DNA of 64,000 nt from contig JAFAOS010000159.1 of NCBI GenBank assembly GCA_019247515.1, positions 6,617 through 70,616 on the forward strand, given 5' to 3'. Shown here in pieces: positions 56,088 through 64,000 of the stretch (positions are counted from its first letter, which is position 1; each line of letters opens with the position of its first letter). The notes beneath the pieces are model-generated. The model was not told the DNA's origin. It did no database searches and saw only the letters and a program-made list of their open reading frames with translations. The position numbers and the translations under genes are program-made. This DNA is from Chloroflexota bacterium (GTDB lineage Bacteria > Chloroflexota > UBA6077 > CF-72).

Positions 56088-56360
56088 GAGTGTGACAGCC
56101 CGTCAGTGGCAACCGTCCCTGGACAGAGCCCGTTCCCGAAGGGCTCCACCGTAGGTGGAAACCGTTGATCCTGAGGGTGTGAGGGCCCATCAGTGGTGAC
56201 TGTCCGTGTACGAGAGCCCGTTCCCGAAGGGCTCCACCGTAGGTGGAAATCGTTGATCCTGAGGGTGTGAGGGCCCATCAGTGGTGACTGTCCGTGTACG
56301 AGAGCCCGTTCCCGAAGGGCTCCACCGTAGGTGGAAATGCTTGACACTGAGGGTGTGACG
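56088..56360. repeat. Tandem array of an ~88-nt unit: 85-nt diverged copy, two 88-nt copies, and a 12-nt partial fourth
   Basis: Copies at 56088-56172, 56173-56260 and 56261-56348, plus gagggtgtgacg at 56349-56360. Copies 2 and 3 are identical over their first 78 nt. Each unit carries the hairpins GAGCCCgttcccgaaGGGCTC and CCACCgtaGGTGG. Confidence 0.9.
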
Positions 56361-56393
56361 ACGCGCCAGCGCAAAACCACGGAGGTAGCAGCA

Positions 56394-57527
56394 GTGAATC
56401 CCGCGTATCGCGCCGACCAGGTCGGCAGCTTCCTCAGACCTCAGGCCGTCAAGGACGCCCACGCCGCGTACCTCCAGGGCCAGCTGCCGCTGGACGAGCT
56501 GCGCGCCATCGAGGACCGCGCCATCCTGGAAGTCCTCGAGCTTCAGCAGCAGGTTGGCGTGGACGTCTTCACCGATGGCGAGTTTCGCCGCGGCGGCTGG
56601 TCCGGCGATTTCGCCGACGCCGTCGACGGCTTTGTCTCGGGCGCGCCCGCCGTGACGGTGTTCAACACCGCGCGCGGCAACAACCCCGCGCAACAATCAG
56701 GTGGACCCACGCGCCGCATTATCGGCGCGAAGCTGCGTCAGAAGCAGCGGCTGACCGAGCACGAGGCGAGCTTCTTGCTGGCCCACGCGCCGGGCGCCTG
56801 CAAAATGACCATGCCTGCCGCTTCATACGTCCTGGCGCGCGGCTATCGCCCGGACGTGACCGACCCCGTGTACGGCAGCCGCGCCGCGGCGCTGCAGGAC
56901 GTGGCGAGCATCGTTGGCTCAGAAATCGCTGCTCTTGTAAAGCAGGGCGTCGCGTACGTTCAGCTCGACAACCCGCACTATCCCGACTACGTGGTCGAAG
57001 AGCGCAACGCCCAGTGGCGCGCGGTCGGCGTCGACCCGGCCAGGGCGCTCGCCGAAGACATCGCCGCCGACAACGTGTCGCTGGACCAGGCCAGAAGCGA
57101 CGGCGTGGTGCTGGCCATGCACCTGTGCCGTGGCAACGGCGGCCGCGGCCCGGACCAGCCCGCCGGCTGGCACACGACCGGCGGGTACGACGCCATTGCC
57201 GAACAGGTCTTCGGCGGCCTGCACGTCGATCGCTTCCTGCTCGAGTACGACAGCGAGCGCGCCGGCGGCTTCGAGCCCCTCCGTTTCGTGCCACGTGGCA
57301 AGACGGTGGTCCTGGGCCTGGTGACCACCAAATCCGGCGAGCTGGAGTCCGAGGAGGTCCTGCTGCGGCGCATCGACGAAGCCTCCCGATTCATCCCCGT
57401 AGAAAACCTGGCGCTGAGCCCGCAGTGCGGCTTCGCCTCGACGATGGCCGGCAATCCACTCACGGTAGACGAAGAGAAGCGCAAGTTAGAGCTGGTGGTC
57501 AGCACCGCCCGAAAAGTCTGGGGATGA
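56394..57527 (+). CDS. MetE C-terminal-domain-like single-domain protein (second paralog in window)
   Basis: GTG 56394 with GGAGG 9 nt upstream. YRADQVGSFLRPQAV, DVFTDGEFRRGGW, HLCRGNGG and SPQCGFAS (Zn-ligand contexts). Confidence 0.75.
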   Translation: MNPAYRADQVGSFLRPQAVKDAHAAYLQGQLPLDELRAIEDRAILEVLELQQQVGVDVFTDGEFRRGGWSGDFADAVDGFVSGAPAVTVFNTARGNNPAQQSGGPTRRIIGAKLRQKQRLTEHEASFLLAHAPGACKMTMPAASYVLARGYRPDVTDPVYGSRAAALQDVASIVGSEIAALVKQGVAYVQLDNPHYPDYVVEERNAQWRAVGVDPARALAEDIAADNVSLDQARSDGVVLAMHLCRGNGGRGPDQPAGWHTTGGYDAIAEQVFGGLHVDRFLLEYDSERAGGFEPLRFVPRGKTVVLGLVTTKSGELESEEVLLRRIDEASRFIPVENLALSPQCGFASTMAGNPLTVDEEKRKLELVVSTARKVWG

Positions 57528-57673
57528 CGCAAACTCCCTCTCCCTCTGGGAGAGGGCGGGGGTGAGGGCTACGTACGAGCCCAGAAGTAGTGTTGCTCTT
57601 TAGGTGGCCCTCACCCGCGCTGGCGCGCGACCTCTCCCAGAGGGAGAGGTGTCTAGGCTGAGAGGGAGAGGTG
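57528..57673. repeat. Composite REP family 1 element: unit A + 37-nt spacer + unit B + partial
   Basis: A: cgcaaaCTCCCTCTCCCTCTGGGAGAGGGcGGGGGTGAGGGC (to 57569). B: GCCCTCACCCgcgctggcgcgcgaCCTCTCCCAGAGGGAGAGGtg (57607-57651). GGGTGAGGGC and GCCCTCACCC are complementary. Confidence 0.85.
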
Positions 57674-57704
57674 GCTAGCCCCGCGAGGCGCTAACCTCGC
57701 AGGT

Positions 57705-58628
57705 ATGGCGAACGTGGTTCTGGGTATCGGGCACTCCCATACCCCACAGATCAGCGTCGATCCCGAAGAGTGGCCGAACCTCGGCAAGACCGAGCAACCC
57801 AGCCCGCACATTCCAGCCAACCTGGACGATCAGCTCCAGCTCGAGTGCTTCCGCGAAAAGCACGCCCGCGTCCAGGGCGCCATCAAACAGCTCAGCCAGC
57901 TGATCCAGTCCACCCCGGTGGACGCCATCGTCATCTTCGGCGATGACCAGCACGAGCAGTTCAACGACGACAACATGCCCAGCGTCGCCATCTACCACGG
58001 CGAAAGCGTCGAGGTCCACCCGCGGCGCGCCCGTCCGCCAGGCAGCAATTTCCCCACCATCCACCTGGAACAAACGGCCAGCGAGTACCCCAACGCCGCC
58101 GGGCTGGCCACCCACCTGATCAACAGCCTGACCGAGCAAGAGTTCGACGTCACCCGCACCAATCACCTGAAGGCGGAGCGCGGCATCGGCCACGCCTTCA
58201 GCTTCCTCTACCAGCGACTGTGGCCCGCGTGCGACGTGCCGATCGTGCCGATCATGGTCAACACGTACTACCCGCCCAATCAGCCGACGCCGAAGCGCTG
58301 CCACGACCTCGGCAAGGCGGTCAGGGCTGGCCTCGAGTCGTGGTCAGGCGGTCAGCGCGTCGCGGTGCTGGCCTCGGGGGGCCTGAGCCACATCGTTATC
58401 GACGAGCCGCTCGACCAGCAGGTGCTGGATGCACTCAAAGCCAAAGACACGAAAGCGCTGCACGGCCTGCCGCGCGAGCTGCTCAAGGGCGGCACGTCCG
58501 AGATCCTGAACTGGGTCGCCCTGGACGGCGCCGTCGGCTCACTGCCGATGACCTTGATCGACTACATCCCCGGCTACCGCAGCCGCCCGAGCACCGGCTG
58601 CGCGATGGCCTTCGCCTACTGGAACTGA
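57705..58628 (+). CDS. Class III extradiol ring-cleavage dioxygenase (LigB family)
   Basis: 307 aa. MANVVLGIGHSHTPQ, IVIFGDDQHEQF and LASGGLSHIV match the LigB/gallate-dioxygenase-type pattern. Confidence 0.8.
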   Translation: MANVVLGIGHSHTPQISVDPEEWPNLGKTEQPSPHIPANLDDQLQLECFREKHARVQGAIKQLSQLIQSTPVDAIVIFGDDQHEQFNDDNMPSVAIYHGESVEVHPRRARPPGSNFPTIHLEQTASEYPNAAGLATHLINSLTEQEFDVTRTNHLKAERGIGHAFSFLYQRLWPACDVPIVPIMVNTYYPPNQPTPKRCHDLGKAVRAGLESWSGGQRVAVLASGGLSHIVIDEPLDQQVLDALKAKDTKALHGLPRELLKGGTSEILNWVALDGAVGSLPMTLIDYIPGYRSRPSTGCAMAFAYWN

Positions 58629-58635
58629 CCAGGCA

Positions 58636-58750
58636 CCCCCTCTCCCTCTGGGACAGGCGCCCCCCTCTCCCTATGGGAGAGGGTCGGGGTGAGGGACAGG
58701 CGCCCCCTCACCCGCGCTGGCGCGCGACCTCTCCCACGGGGAGAGGTGAT
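58636..58750. repeat. Composite REP family 1 element (partial A, full A, B)
   Basis: ccccCTCTCCCTCTGGGAcaggcgcc / ccCCTCTCCCTATGGGAGAGGGtcGGGGTGAGGGacaggcgcc / CCCTCACCCgcgctggcgcgcgaCCTCTCCCACGGGGAGAGGtgat. Confidence 0.85.
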
Positions 58751-60198
58751 TCTTGTGCGCTCCGCCGCGCCTGTACCGTACTCGGCCGATCCTGCACCTG
58801 GAACGCAAAGAACACCGCGCTCGCGGCCATGATCAGCAGCACCGCGACCGCGTCGTGGAAGGCGGCGAGCCCCTCTTCGGGCGGCACCCCCGCCAGACCG
58901 CCCGCCGCGGCGTTGGTGCTCGGCAGTTGCGAGATCAGCACCGTCGCCGCCACCGCGACACCCACGGCCACCGCGATCTGACGTGAGGTGCTCCACAGCG
59001 AAGACGCCCGACCCGTCTTCTCACGCGACACGTCCGAGAACAGCGCCGTCTGCATCGAGACCATGTTGAAGGCGATGAAGCACCCGCGCAGGAACATGAT
59101 CAGCCGCACCCACCACAGGTTGGTGTCCAGACCAACCAGCAGGAACAGCGCGGTCATCGCCAGGATGCCACCAGTACCGATGAGCAGGTTCAGTCGCGCG
59201 CCGAGACGGTGGTACAGGCGACTGGTGAACTGGACCATCAGGATCTGACCCACCGGCTGCGGGAACGTGGTCAGGCCCGACTCGAAGGCGCTCAGGCCGC
59301 GCAATTGCTGCAGGAACAGCGGCAGGACGAACAGCATCCCGAACTGGGTGCCCATGAACATGAAGCCGGTCAGGTTGGCGGTGCGGAACAACCGCGACCG
59401 GTACAGCCGCAGGTCCAGCATTGGCGCCATGATGCGGGTTTCCACCAGGACCAACAGCACGAAGCAGATTGCGCCGCCAAGGCCCGTGACCAGGACCAGC
59501 GGCGACGTCCAGCCGGATTCGGGACCCTGCGACAGCGCGAACAGCACGCCCGCGGTGCCGCAACCTGACAAGACGAAGCCGGCCGGGTCGAACCTGCCCG
59601 CGCCGGGTTCGCGGTGCTCCCTGAGCACCAGCCACGAGAACATGAACGAGGCAACCCCCACCGGCACGTTCACGTAGAAGATCCAGCGCCAGCTGACCGC
59701 GTCCACCAGGAAGCCGCCGAACAGCGGCCCGAGCATCGGCGCCAGCATTGTCGGGATCGACAGAATCGCCGACGCCCGCGCGCGCTCGGCAGGTGTGAAC
59801 GCGCGATACAGCATCGCCGTGCCCACCGGCGTGAGCATGCCGCCGCCGACACCCTGCAGGATGCGGAAGAACACCAGCGACTCGATGCTCCAGGCGCGTC
59901 CGCACAGGGTGGACCCGAGCGTGAACATCGCCGTCGCGAACAGGAACGTCTTCTTGGTGCCGAACCGGTCGCCGATCCAGCCCGAGGCGGGGATCCAGAC
60001 CGCCAGACTCAGGACATAGCCGGTGACGACCCATTCCAGGGTGGCCGTGTCGGCGTGGAACTCCTCGGCGAGCTTGGGCAGCGCGACGTTGACGATCGTC
60101 GTGTCCAGGATGTCCATGAACAGCCCGAACACGAAGGTGCTCGCGACGAGGTACTTGTAATCGATCCGGGCGAAAGGTGAGGCCAGCCAGAGGCGCAT
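58708..60198 (-). CDS. MFS transporter, DHA2 (EmrB/QacA) type
   Basis: LDTTIVNVALP and motif A GWIGDRFGTKKTFLF, in a 14-TM-type layout. ATG 60198 is chosen as the start. The stop and last ~14 codons lie inside the REP element. Confidence 0.88.
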   Translation of the reverse strand: MRLWLASPFARIDYKYLVASTFVFGLFMDILDTTIVNVALPKLAEEFHADTATLEWVVTGYVLSLAVWIPASGWIGDRFGTKKTFLFATAMFTLGSTLCGRAWSIESLVFFRILQGVGGGMLTPVGTAMLYRAFTPAERARASAILSIPTMLAPMLGPLFGGFLVDAVSWRWIFYVNVPVGVASFMFSWLVLREHREPGAGRFDPAGFVLSGCGTAGVLFALSQGPESGWTSPLVLVTGLGGAICFVLLVLVETRIMAPMLDLRLYRSRLFRTANLTGFMFMGTQFGMLFVLPLFLQQLRGLSAFESGLTTFPQPVGQILMVQFTSRLYHRLGARLNLLIGTGGILAMTALFLLVGLDTNLWWVRLIMFLRGCFIAFNMVSMQTALFSDVSREKTGRASSLWSTSRQIAVAVGVAVAATVLISQLPSTNAAAGGLAGVPPEEGLAAFHDAVAVLLIMAASAVFFAFQVQDRPSTVQARRSAQESPLPVGEVARQRG

Positions 60199-60241
60199 CG
60201 GTTTACCGATACACCATAGCCGCCAGCGCCCGCGCACTGCG

Positions 60242-60346
60242 CTCCCTCTCCCTCTGGGAGAGGGCAGGGGTGAGGGTTACCATTCGGGCCAGTACGTAGC
60301 CCTCACCCGCGCTCCGCGCGACCTCTCCCAGAGGGAGAGGTGATGG
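60242..60346. repeat. Composite REP family 1 element (A + 21-nt spacer + B)
   Basis: CTCCCTCTCCCTCTGGGAGAGGGcaGGGGTGAGGGT ... GCCCTCACCCgcgctccgcgcgaCCTCTCCCAGAGGGAGAGGtgatgg. Confidence 0.85.
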
Positions 60347-60349
60347 ACC

Positions 60350-62740
60350 TTACTCTTGGTCGATCGCCCCCACGAGCTCCAGAATGCGCGCTGGCGGCAG
60401 GTACTGTTCGGTAATTCGCACTCCTGATTGCGACAGCGCGTCCTCGATCGCCGAGTTCACCGCCGGTGGCGCGGCAATGGCGCCGCCCTCGCCCACGCCG
60501 CGGAACGGGATCTCGTCTCCATTCGGGATCTCGAGGTGCTCGATCTCGATCGGCGGCACTTCCACCGACGTCGGCAGCAGGTAGTCCATGAACGTGGCCG
60601 CCATGAACTGGCCGTCGTCGCCATAGGTGGAGCGTTCGAGCAGCACCGCGCCGATGCCCTGGGCAATGCCGCCTCGGATCTGGCCGTCGACTATGGCCGG
60701 GTTGATCAGGTCGCCGCAGTCCTCGGCCACGACGTAGCGCTTGATCTCCGCCTGACCGGTCTCCGGGTCCACCTCGACCACGCACGCGTGCGTCGCGTAC
60801 GCCCAGCCGCCGCCGTTGCCGCCGTCGTACATGGACGTCTCTTCGACGCCCATCTCGTCGCCCCTGGGCAGCATGTGCGGCGCCATGTAGGCCACTGTCG
60901 CCACGCCGCCAAGCGGCACGAGCTTGTCAGGCGCGCCTTTGACGCGCACCAGCCCGTCGACGATCTCCAGGTCGTCGGCGCTCACTTCCAGCATGCCGGC
61001 CGCGATGCGCAGCACTTTGGCCTTGACGCGCCGCGCGGCGAAGCGGGTTGCCCCGACCGCCACACTCGAACCCCGGCTGCCGCCCGTGCCAATCAAACTG
61101 AAGGGCGACGAGCCGGTATCGCCATGCACGACGCGCACCGATTCGAGCGGCACGCCAATCTCGTCCGCGGTGACCTGCGCCAGTGTGGTCTCGTGGCTCT
61201 GACCGTGCGGCGCCTGGGCGGTGAACACCGTCACGTGCCCGTCGATCTCGAGCCGCACGCGGGCCTGTTCCGGAATTGCCGAGGGCATGCCGAGCGACGG
61301 GAAGAAGTTGGCCGGCCCTGGCGCGAACTCCATCAGGTTGATCACGCCGATCCCCAGCCATCGCCCTTCGCTTCGCGCGCGCTGCTGCTCCACGCGAAAG
61401 TCGGCGTAACCGATGCGCTCGAGCGCGCGGTCCATCGTCTGCCGCTGGGTCATCTGGGTGATGTCCGGGCCGGTCACCATCGACGTCGGCAGGTCGCTGG
61501 CCTCCAGCAGGTTGCGCCGCCGGACCTCCACGGGGTCCAGGCCGAGATCACGCGCGATGATGTCCAGCACGCGTTCGCGCACCCAGGTCTCGACCGCCCA
61601 CGGGCCGCGGTACGGGACGTAGCTCGCTTTGTTGCTGAAGACAGTCCGCAGTCGGAACCCCATCGCCTTGAGGCGGTACGCGGCTGGCAGCAGCGTGCGC
61701 GCCATGAAGCCGAACGTGTTGGTCGTGTTGGGCGGCGTGGGGTACGCGCCCTGGTTCATGACCAGGTCGATGCGCAGGCCGAGCAGCGTGCCGTCGTTCT
61801 TGACCGCGGCCTCGACGTTGACGTCGTCTTCACGTGCCTGACCGGAGGCGGTCAGGTTCTCGCGACGATCCTCGACCCACTTCACCGGGCGACCGAGGAT
61901 CTTGCTGGCCGCCAGAATGGCCAGGTCTTCGCGGTACACCTGGGCTTTGCTGCCAAACGCCCCGCCGATGTCCTGAGCGTTGACGATCCGCAACTGGTGC
62001 ACCGGTACACGCACGGCGTGCGACAGCACCATGCGGAAGACCTGCGGCGCCTGGTTGGCGGTGTGGTAGGTGAGGTGGCCGGTGCCCGGGTCGAAATCGG
62101 CCACGCCACCGCGGCCTTCCATCGGCACGTGGGCGTAGCGGTGCTGGTGAAACGTGTGCTTGATGACGCGGTCGGCCTGCGCAAAGACGCCGTCCACGTC
62201 GCCAAACGTCTGCGGAAAGTCGAAGGCGACGTTGTCGCCCAGGTCGTCGAAGATCGGTGGACCGCTCGGGTCCAGGGCCTGGGCAATCGTCGACACCGCC
62301 GGCAGGGGCTCGTAGTCGACCTCGACCAGGTCGCAGCCGTCTTCGGCCAGGTAACGACTCTCCGCGACGACGACGGCCACGACGTCGCCGACCAGCCGCA
62401 CCTTGTCTCGAGTCAGTCCATAGATCGGCGGCGATTTGTGGCCTGGCATCGGCTGATTGCCGATGGGGTCGGTGACCGCCTCGATGTCTTCCGCGGTGAA
62501 GACCGCGACCACGCCTGGTAGAGCCCTGGCGGCCGAGGTGTCGATCTTCCCGATTCGGGCGTGCGCGTGCGGACTGCGCACGAATGCCGCGTGCAGCATG
62601 CCCGGCAATTTCAGGTCGTCGATGTAGTGCCCGTGGCCACGCAGGATCCGCTGGTCCTCGACGCGGTGCACGCTGGCGCCGATGAACCGCAGGAACCCGC
62701 TGCCCTGCGTCTGGCCGTTCGCCGTGCTGTCCTCGGTCAT
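60350..62740 (-). CDS. Molybdopterin hydroxylase large subunit (CoxL / xanthine-dehydrogenase family) with atypical active-site loop
   Basis: 796 aa from ATG 62740. IGASVHRVEDQRILRGHGHYIDD, FVRSPHAHARIGKID and GVGEGGAIAAPPAVNSAIEDAL. The loop reads VPYRGPWAVETWVRERVLD instead of the (A/F)YRGAGRPE type. The 1015-aa track ORF is a shadow extension over coxS. Confidence 0.85.
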   Translation of the reverse strand: MTEDSTANGQTQGSGFLRFIGASVHRVEDQRILRGHGHYIDDLKLPGMLHAAFVRSPHAHARIGKIDTSAARALPGVVAVFTAEDIEAVTDPIGNQPMPGHKSPPIYGLTRDKVRLVGDVVAVVVAESRYLAEDGCDLVEVDYEPLPAVSTIAQALDPSGPPIFDDLGDNVAFDFPQTFGDVDGVFAQADRVIKHTFHQHRYAHVPMEGRGGVADFDPGTGHLTYHTANQAPQVFRMVLSHAVRVPVHQLRIVNAQDIGGAFGSKAQVYREDLAILAASKILGRPVKWVEDRRENLTASGQAREDDVNVEAAVKNDGTLLGLRIDLVMNQGAYPTPPNTTNTFGFMARTLLPAAYRLKAMGFRLRTVFSNKASYVPYRGPWAVETWVRERVLDIIARDLGLDPVEVRRRNLLEASDLPTSMVTGPDITQMTQRQTMDRALERIGYADFRVEQQRARSEGRWLGIGVINLMEFAPGPANFFPSLGMPSAIPEQARVRLEIDGHVTVFTAQAPHGQSHETTLAQVTADEIGVPLESVRVVHGDTGSSPFSLIGTGGSRGSSVAVGATRFAARRVKAKVLRIAAGMLEVSADDLEIVDGLVRVKGAPDKLVPLGGVATVAYMAPHMLPRGDEMGVEETSMYDGGNGGGWAYATHACVVEVDPETGQAEIKRYVVAEDCGDLINPAIVDGQIRGGIAQGIGAVLLERSTYGDDGQFMAATFMDYLLPTSVEVPPIEIEHLEIPNGDEIPFRGVGEGGAIAAPPAVNSAIEDALSQSGVRITEQYLPPARILELVGAIDQE

Positions 62741-63243
62741 CGTGCGACTCCCTGTGCGCCGGCGGCCGCGGCGAGTTTCTGCTGCGCCAGTTGGACGCCG
62801 GCCACGATGCTCTGATAGCCGGTGCAGCGACACAGGTTGCCGCTGAGCGCCGGACGGATCTCTTCGGGCGCGAGGCCGCCAGGTGCGCTGGTCAGCAGCT
62901 CGTACACGCTCATGACGAACCCCGGCGTGCAGAAACCACACTGAAACGCGTGGCTCTCCATGAACGCTTCCTGGATCGGGTGCATGCTGCCGTCCGCCGC
63001 GGCCAGGCCCTCGATGGTCAGCACCTCGGCGCCATCCGCCTGGACCGCCAGCATCAGGCACGAGCGCACGGCGTCGCCGTCGACCAGCACCGTGCACGAG
63101 CCGCACACGCCGTGCTCGCAGCCGAGGTGGGTGCCCGTCAGACCGAGATCGTCGCGCAAGAAGTCGGCGAGCGTCTTGCGGACCTCGACCTCCGCGGACC
63201 GCTTGTCGCCGTTGACCGTAAATTCGACCGTGGCCGTGTTCAT
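62737..63243 (-). CDS. [2Fe-2S]-binding small subunit of Mo hydroxylase (CoxS-like)
   Basis: [27 protein letters not shown] and [15 protein letters not shown] overlaps on both sides. Confidence 0.92.
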   Translation of the reverse strand: MNTATVEFTVNGDKRSAEVEVRKTLADFLRDDLGLTGTHLGCEHGVCGSCTVLVDGDAVRSCLMLAVQADGAEVLTIEGLAAADGSMHPIQEAFMESHAFQCGFCTPGFVMSVYELLTSAPGGLAPEEIRPALSGNLCRCTGYQSIVAGVQLAQQKLAAAAGAQGVAR

Positions 63244-64000
63244 GCTCTCGCTCCCCTGGTGGCGCGCCCGGCTGCCTCGCGCAGCGCGCGGCGGGCCAGA
63301 ACGCCCGCGACGTGTCGACGATAGGCGGCGGTGGCGTGGACGTCAGACTGCGGATCGATCGCCGGGCCGACCCGTTCCGCGGCGGCGTTGATGGCATCCG
63401 CGGATATCGGTGCGCCCTTCAGCGCCGACTCAGCTTCACGGACGCGGACCGGACCGGCCGCCGCCCCCGTGAAGGCCAGACGAGCGTCGGTGCACGTGCC
63501 CTGCGGGTCGAGCTGCACCACCGCCGCGACGCCCACCAGTGCATAGTCGCCGTGCCGCCGTGACACCTCCTGGAACGACCAGCCGGCGCCAGTCGGCCAG
63601 GCGGGTAGTCGAAACTCGGTGAGCAGCTCGTCCGGTTCGAGCGCGGTAGTCAGAAAGCCGCGAAAGAAGTCGTCGGCCCTGATCGTGCGCTGGCCCCGGG
63701 CCTGGCTTTCGGCGAGCATTTCTCCATCGAGAGCCACGGCGATGGCCGGCATCTCGGATGCTGGATCGGCGTGGGCGAGGTTGCCGCACACGGTCCCGCG
63801 ATTGCGGATCTGGTGGTGGCCGACCTGCGGCAGCGCCTCCGCCAGCAGCGGGCAGCGCTCGCCAACCACTGAGGAGCGCTCTGCCGCGCGCTGACGAACG
63901 AGTGCGCCGAAGCTGAGGCCGCCATTGGCCGCTGAACCAATCTGGCTGAGGGCCCCATTCAAGCGATTGATGTCGATCAGGTGCGCTGGCCGCGCCAGCC
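63240..64000 (-). CDS. FAD-binding medium subunit of Mo hydroxylase (CoxM-like), 5' end outside window
   Basis: The frame stays open to the window edge (...ARPAHLIDINRLNGALSQIG...). IRNRGTVCGNLAHADPASEMP is present, with a CO-dehydrogenase flavoprotein C-terminal-domain pattern. Confidence 0.88.
   Translation of the reverse strand, partial: LARPAHLIDINRLNGALSQIGSAANGGLSFGALVRQRAAERSSVVGERCPLLAEALPQVGHHQIRNRGTVCGNLAHADPASEMPAIAVALDGEMLAESQARGQRTIRADDFFRGFLTTALEPDELLTEFRLPAWPTGAGWSFQEVSRRHGDYALVGVAAVVQLDPQGTCTDARLAFTGAAAGPVRVREAESALKGAPISADAINAAAERVGPAIDPQSDVHATAAYRRHVAGVLARRALREAAGRATRGARA

Noticed and set aside
56088-56360. Possible CRISPR array
   Set aside because: The whole 88-nt unit repeats head to tail with no unique spacers, the unit is far longer than CRISPR repeats, and no cas genes are present in the window. 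The same reasoning applies to the REP array at 2164-2306.
56050-56393. SAM, cobalamin or SAH riboswitch upstream of the MetE-like gene and of ahcY (32361-32395)
   Set aside because: I could not recognise the conserved cores of these aptamers by eye, and the ahcY leader is only 35 nt. This needs cmscan and is not claimed.
56027-56696. Minus-strand ORFs 56027-56380 and 56190-56696 encoding repeated peptide HLRWSPSGTGSRTRTVTTDGPSHPQDQRFPPTVEPFGNG
   Set aside because: The periodicity simply reflects the 88-nt DNA repeat, and 88 is not a multiple of 3, so successive copies shift frame. ORF 56190-56696 also runs antisense into the MetE-like gene. There is no start context or motif.
62741-63397. 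N-terminal 219-aa extension of the 1015-aa CoxL ORF
   Set aside because: It overlaps the coxS gene, which has a perfect 2Fe-2S motif set in another frame. The conserved CoxL N-terminus begins at ATG 62740 with an ATGA overlap to the coxS stop.

Overview
The window is a very GC-rich, densely coding chromosomal segment. GC3 bias is strong, so most genes carry long Arg/Ala/Pro-rich shadow ORFs in other frames. I call about 53 protein genes. Many are translationally coupled through ATGA, GTGA or 1-nt overlaps. I found no rRNA, tRNA, CRISPR array, transposase or integrase.

The content is mostly housekeeping and catabolic:
- Core metabolism: argG-argH, folD, ahcY, a ROK-type glucokinase with pgi, and an acetoin/2-oxoacid dehydrogenase E1a-E1b-E2 set with a Zn-ADH.
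- Molybdenum enzymes: a coxM-S-L-type hydroxylase cluster and one orphan large subunit.
- Aromatic catabolism: HpaB-like, LLM, cupin, Rieske, LigB-type and amidohydrolase-2 genes, plus F420/PPOX-type enzymes.
- Other: cell-wall genes (amidase, VanW, LysM), two DHA2 MFS pumps, a SARP/NTPase/TPR regulator with an ECF sigma factor, and two orphan OmpR-type response regulators.

The gene content and repeat families look Chloroflexota-like or Actinomycetota-like. I cannot assign taxonomy from sequence alone.

The most unusual items are:
1. A DUF262 (GmrSD-like) protein and a TIM-fold paralog whose catalytic His is replaced. Both are translationally coupled inside a metabolic operon that ends in the orphan Mo-hydroxylase subunit.
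2. A six-gene operon encoding RR, Ppx/GppA, two divergent Tmk-like kinases (one with a Walker-A Lys to Arg change), SixA and FolD.
3. A divergent module: a degenerate response regulator and a coiled-coil ABC ATPase facing an ABC-2 permease/GldG-like/CxxCH haem-binding fusion and a secreted jelly-roll protein.
4. A stand-alone LigD-type polymerase with a C-terminal extension, in an operon with MBL-fold and RraA-family genes.
5. Three noncoding repeat families, including an 88-bp tandem array directly upstream of a MetE-like gene.

All functional calls rest on motif recognition by eye. No database search was run.
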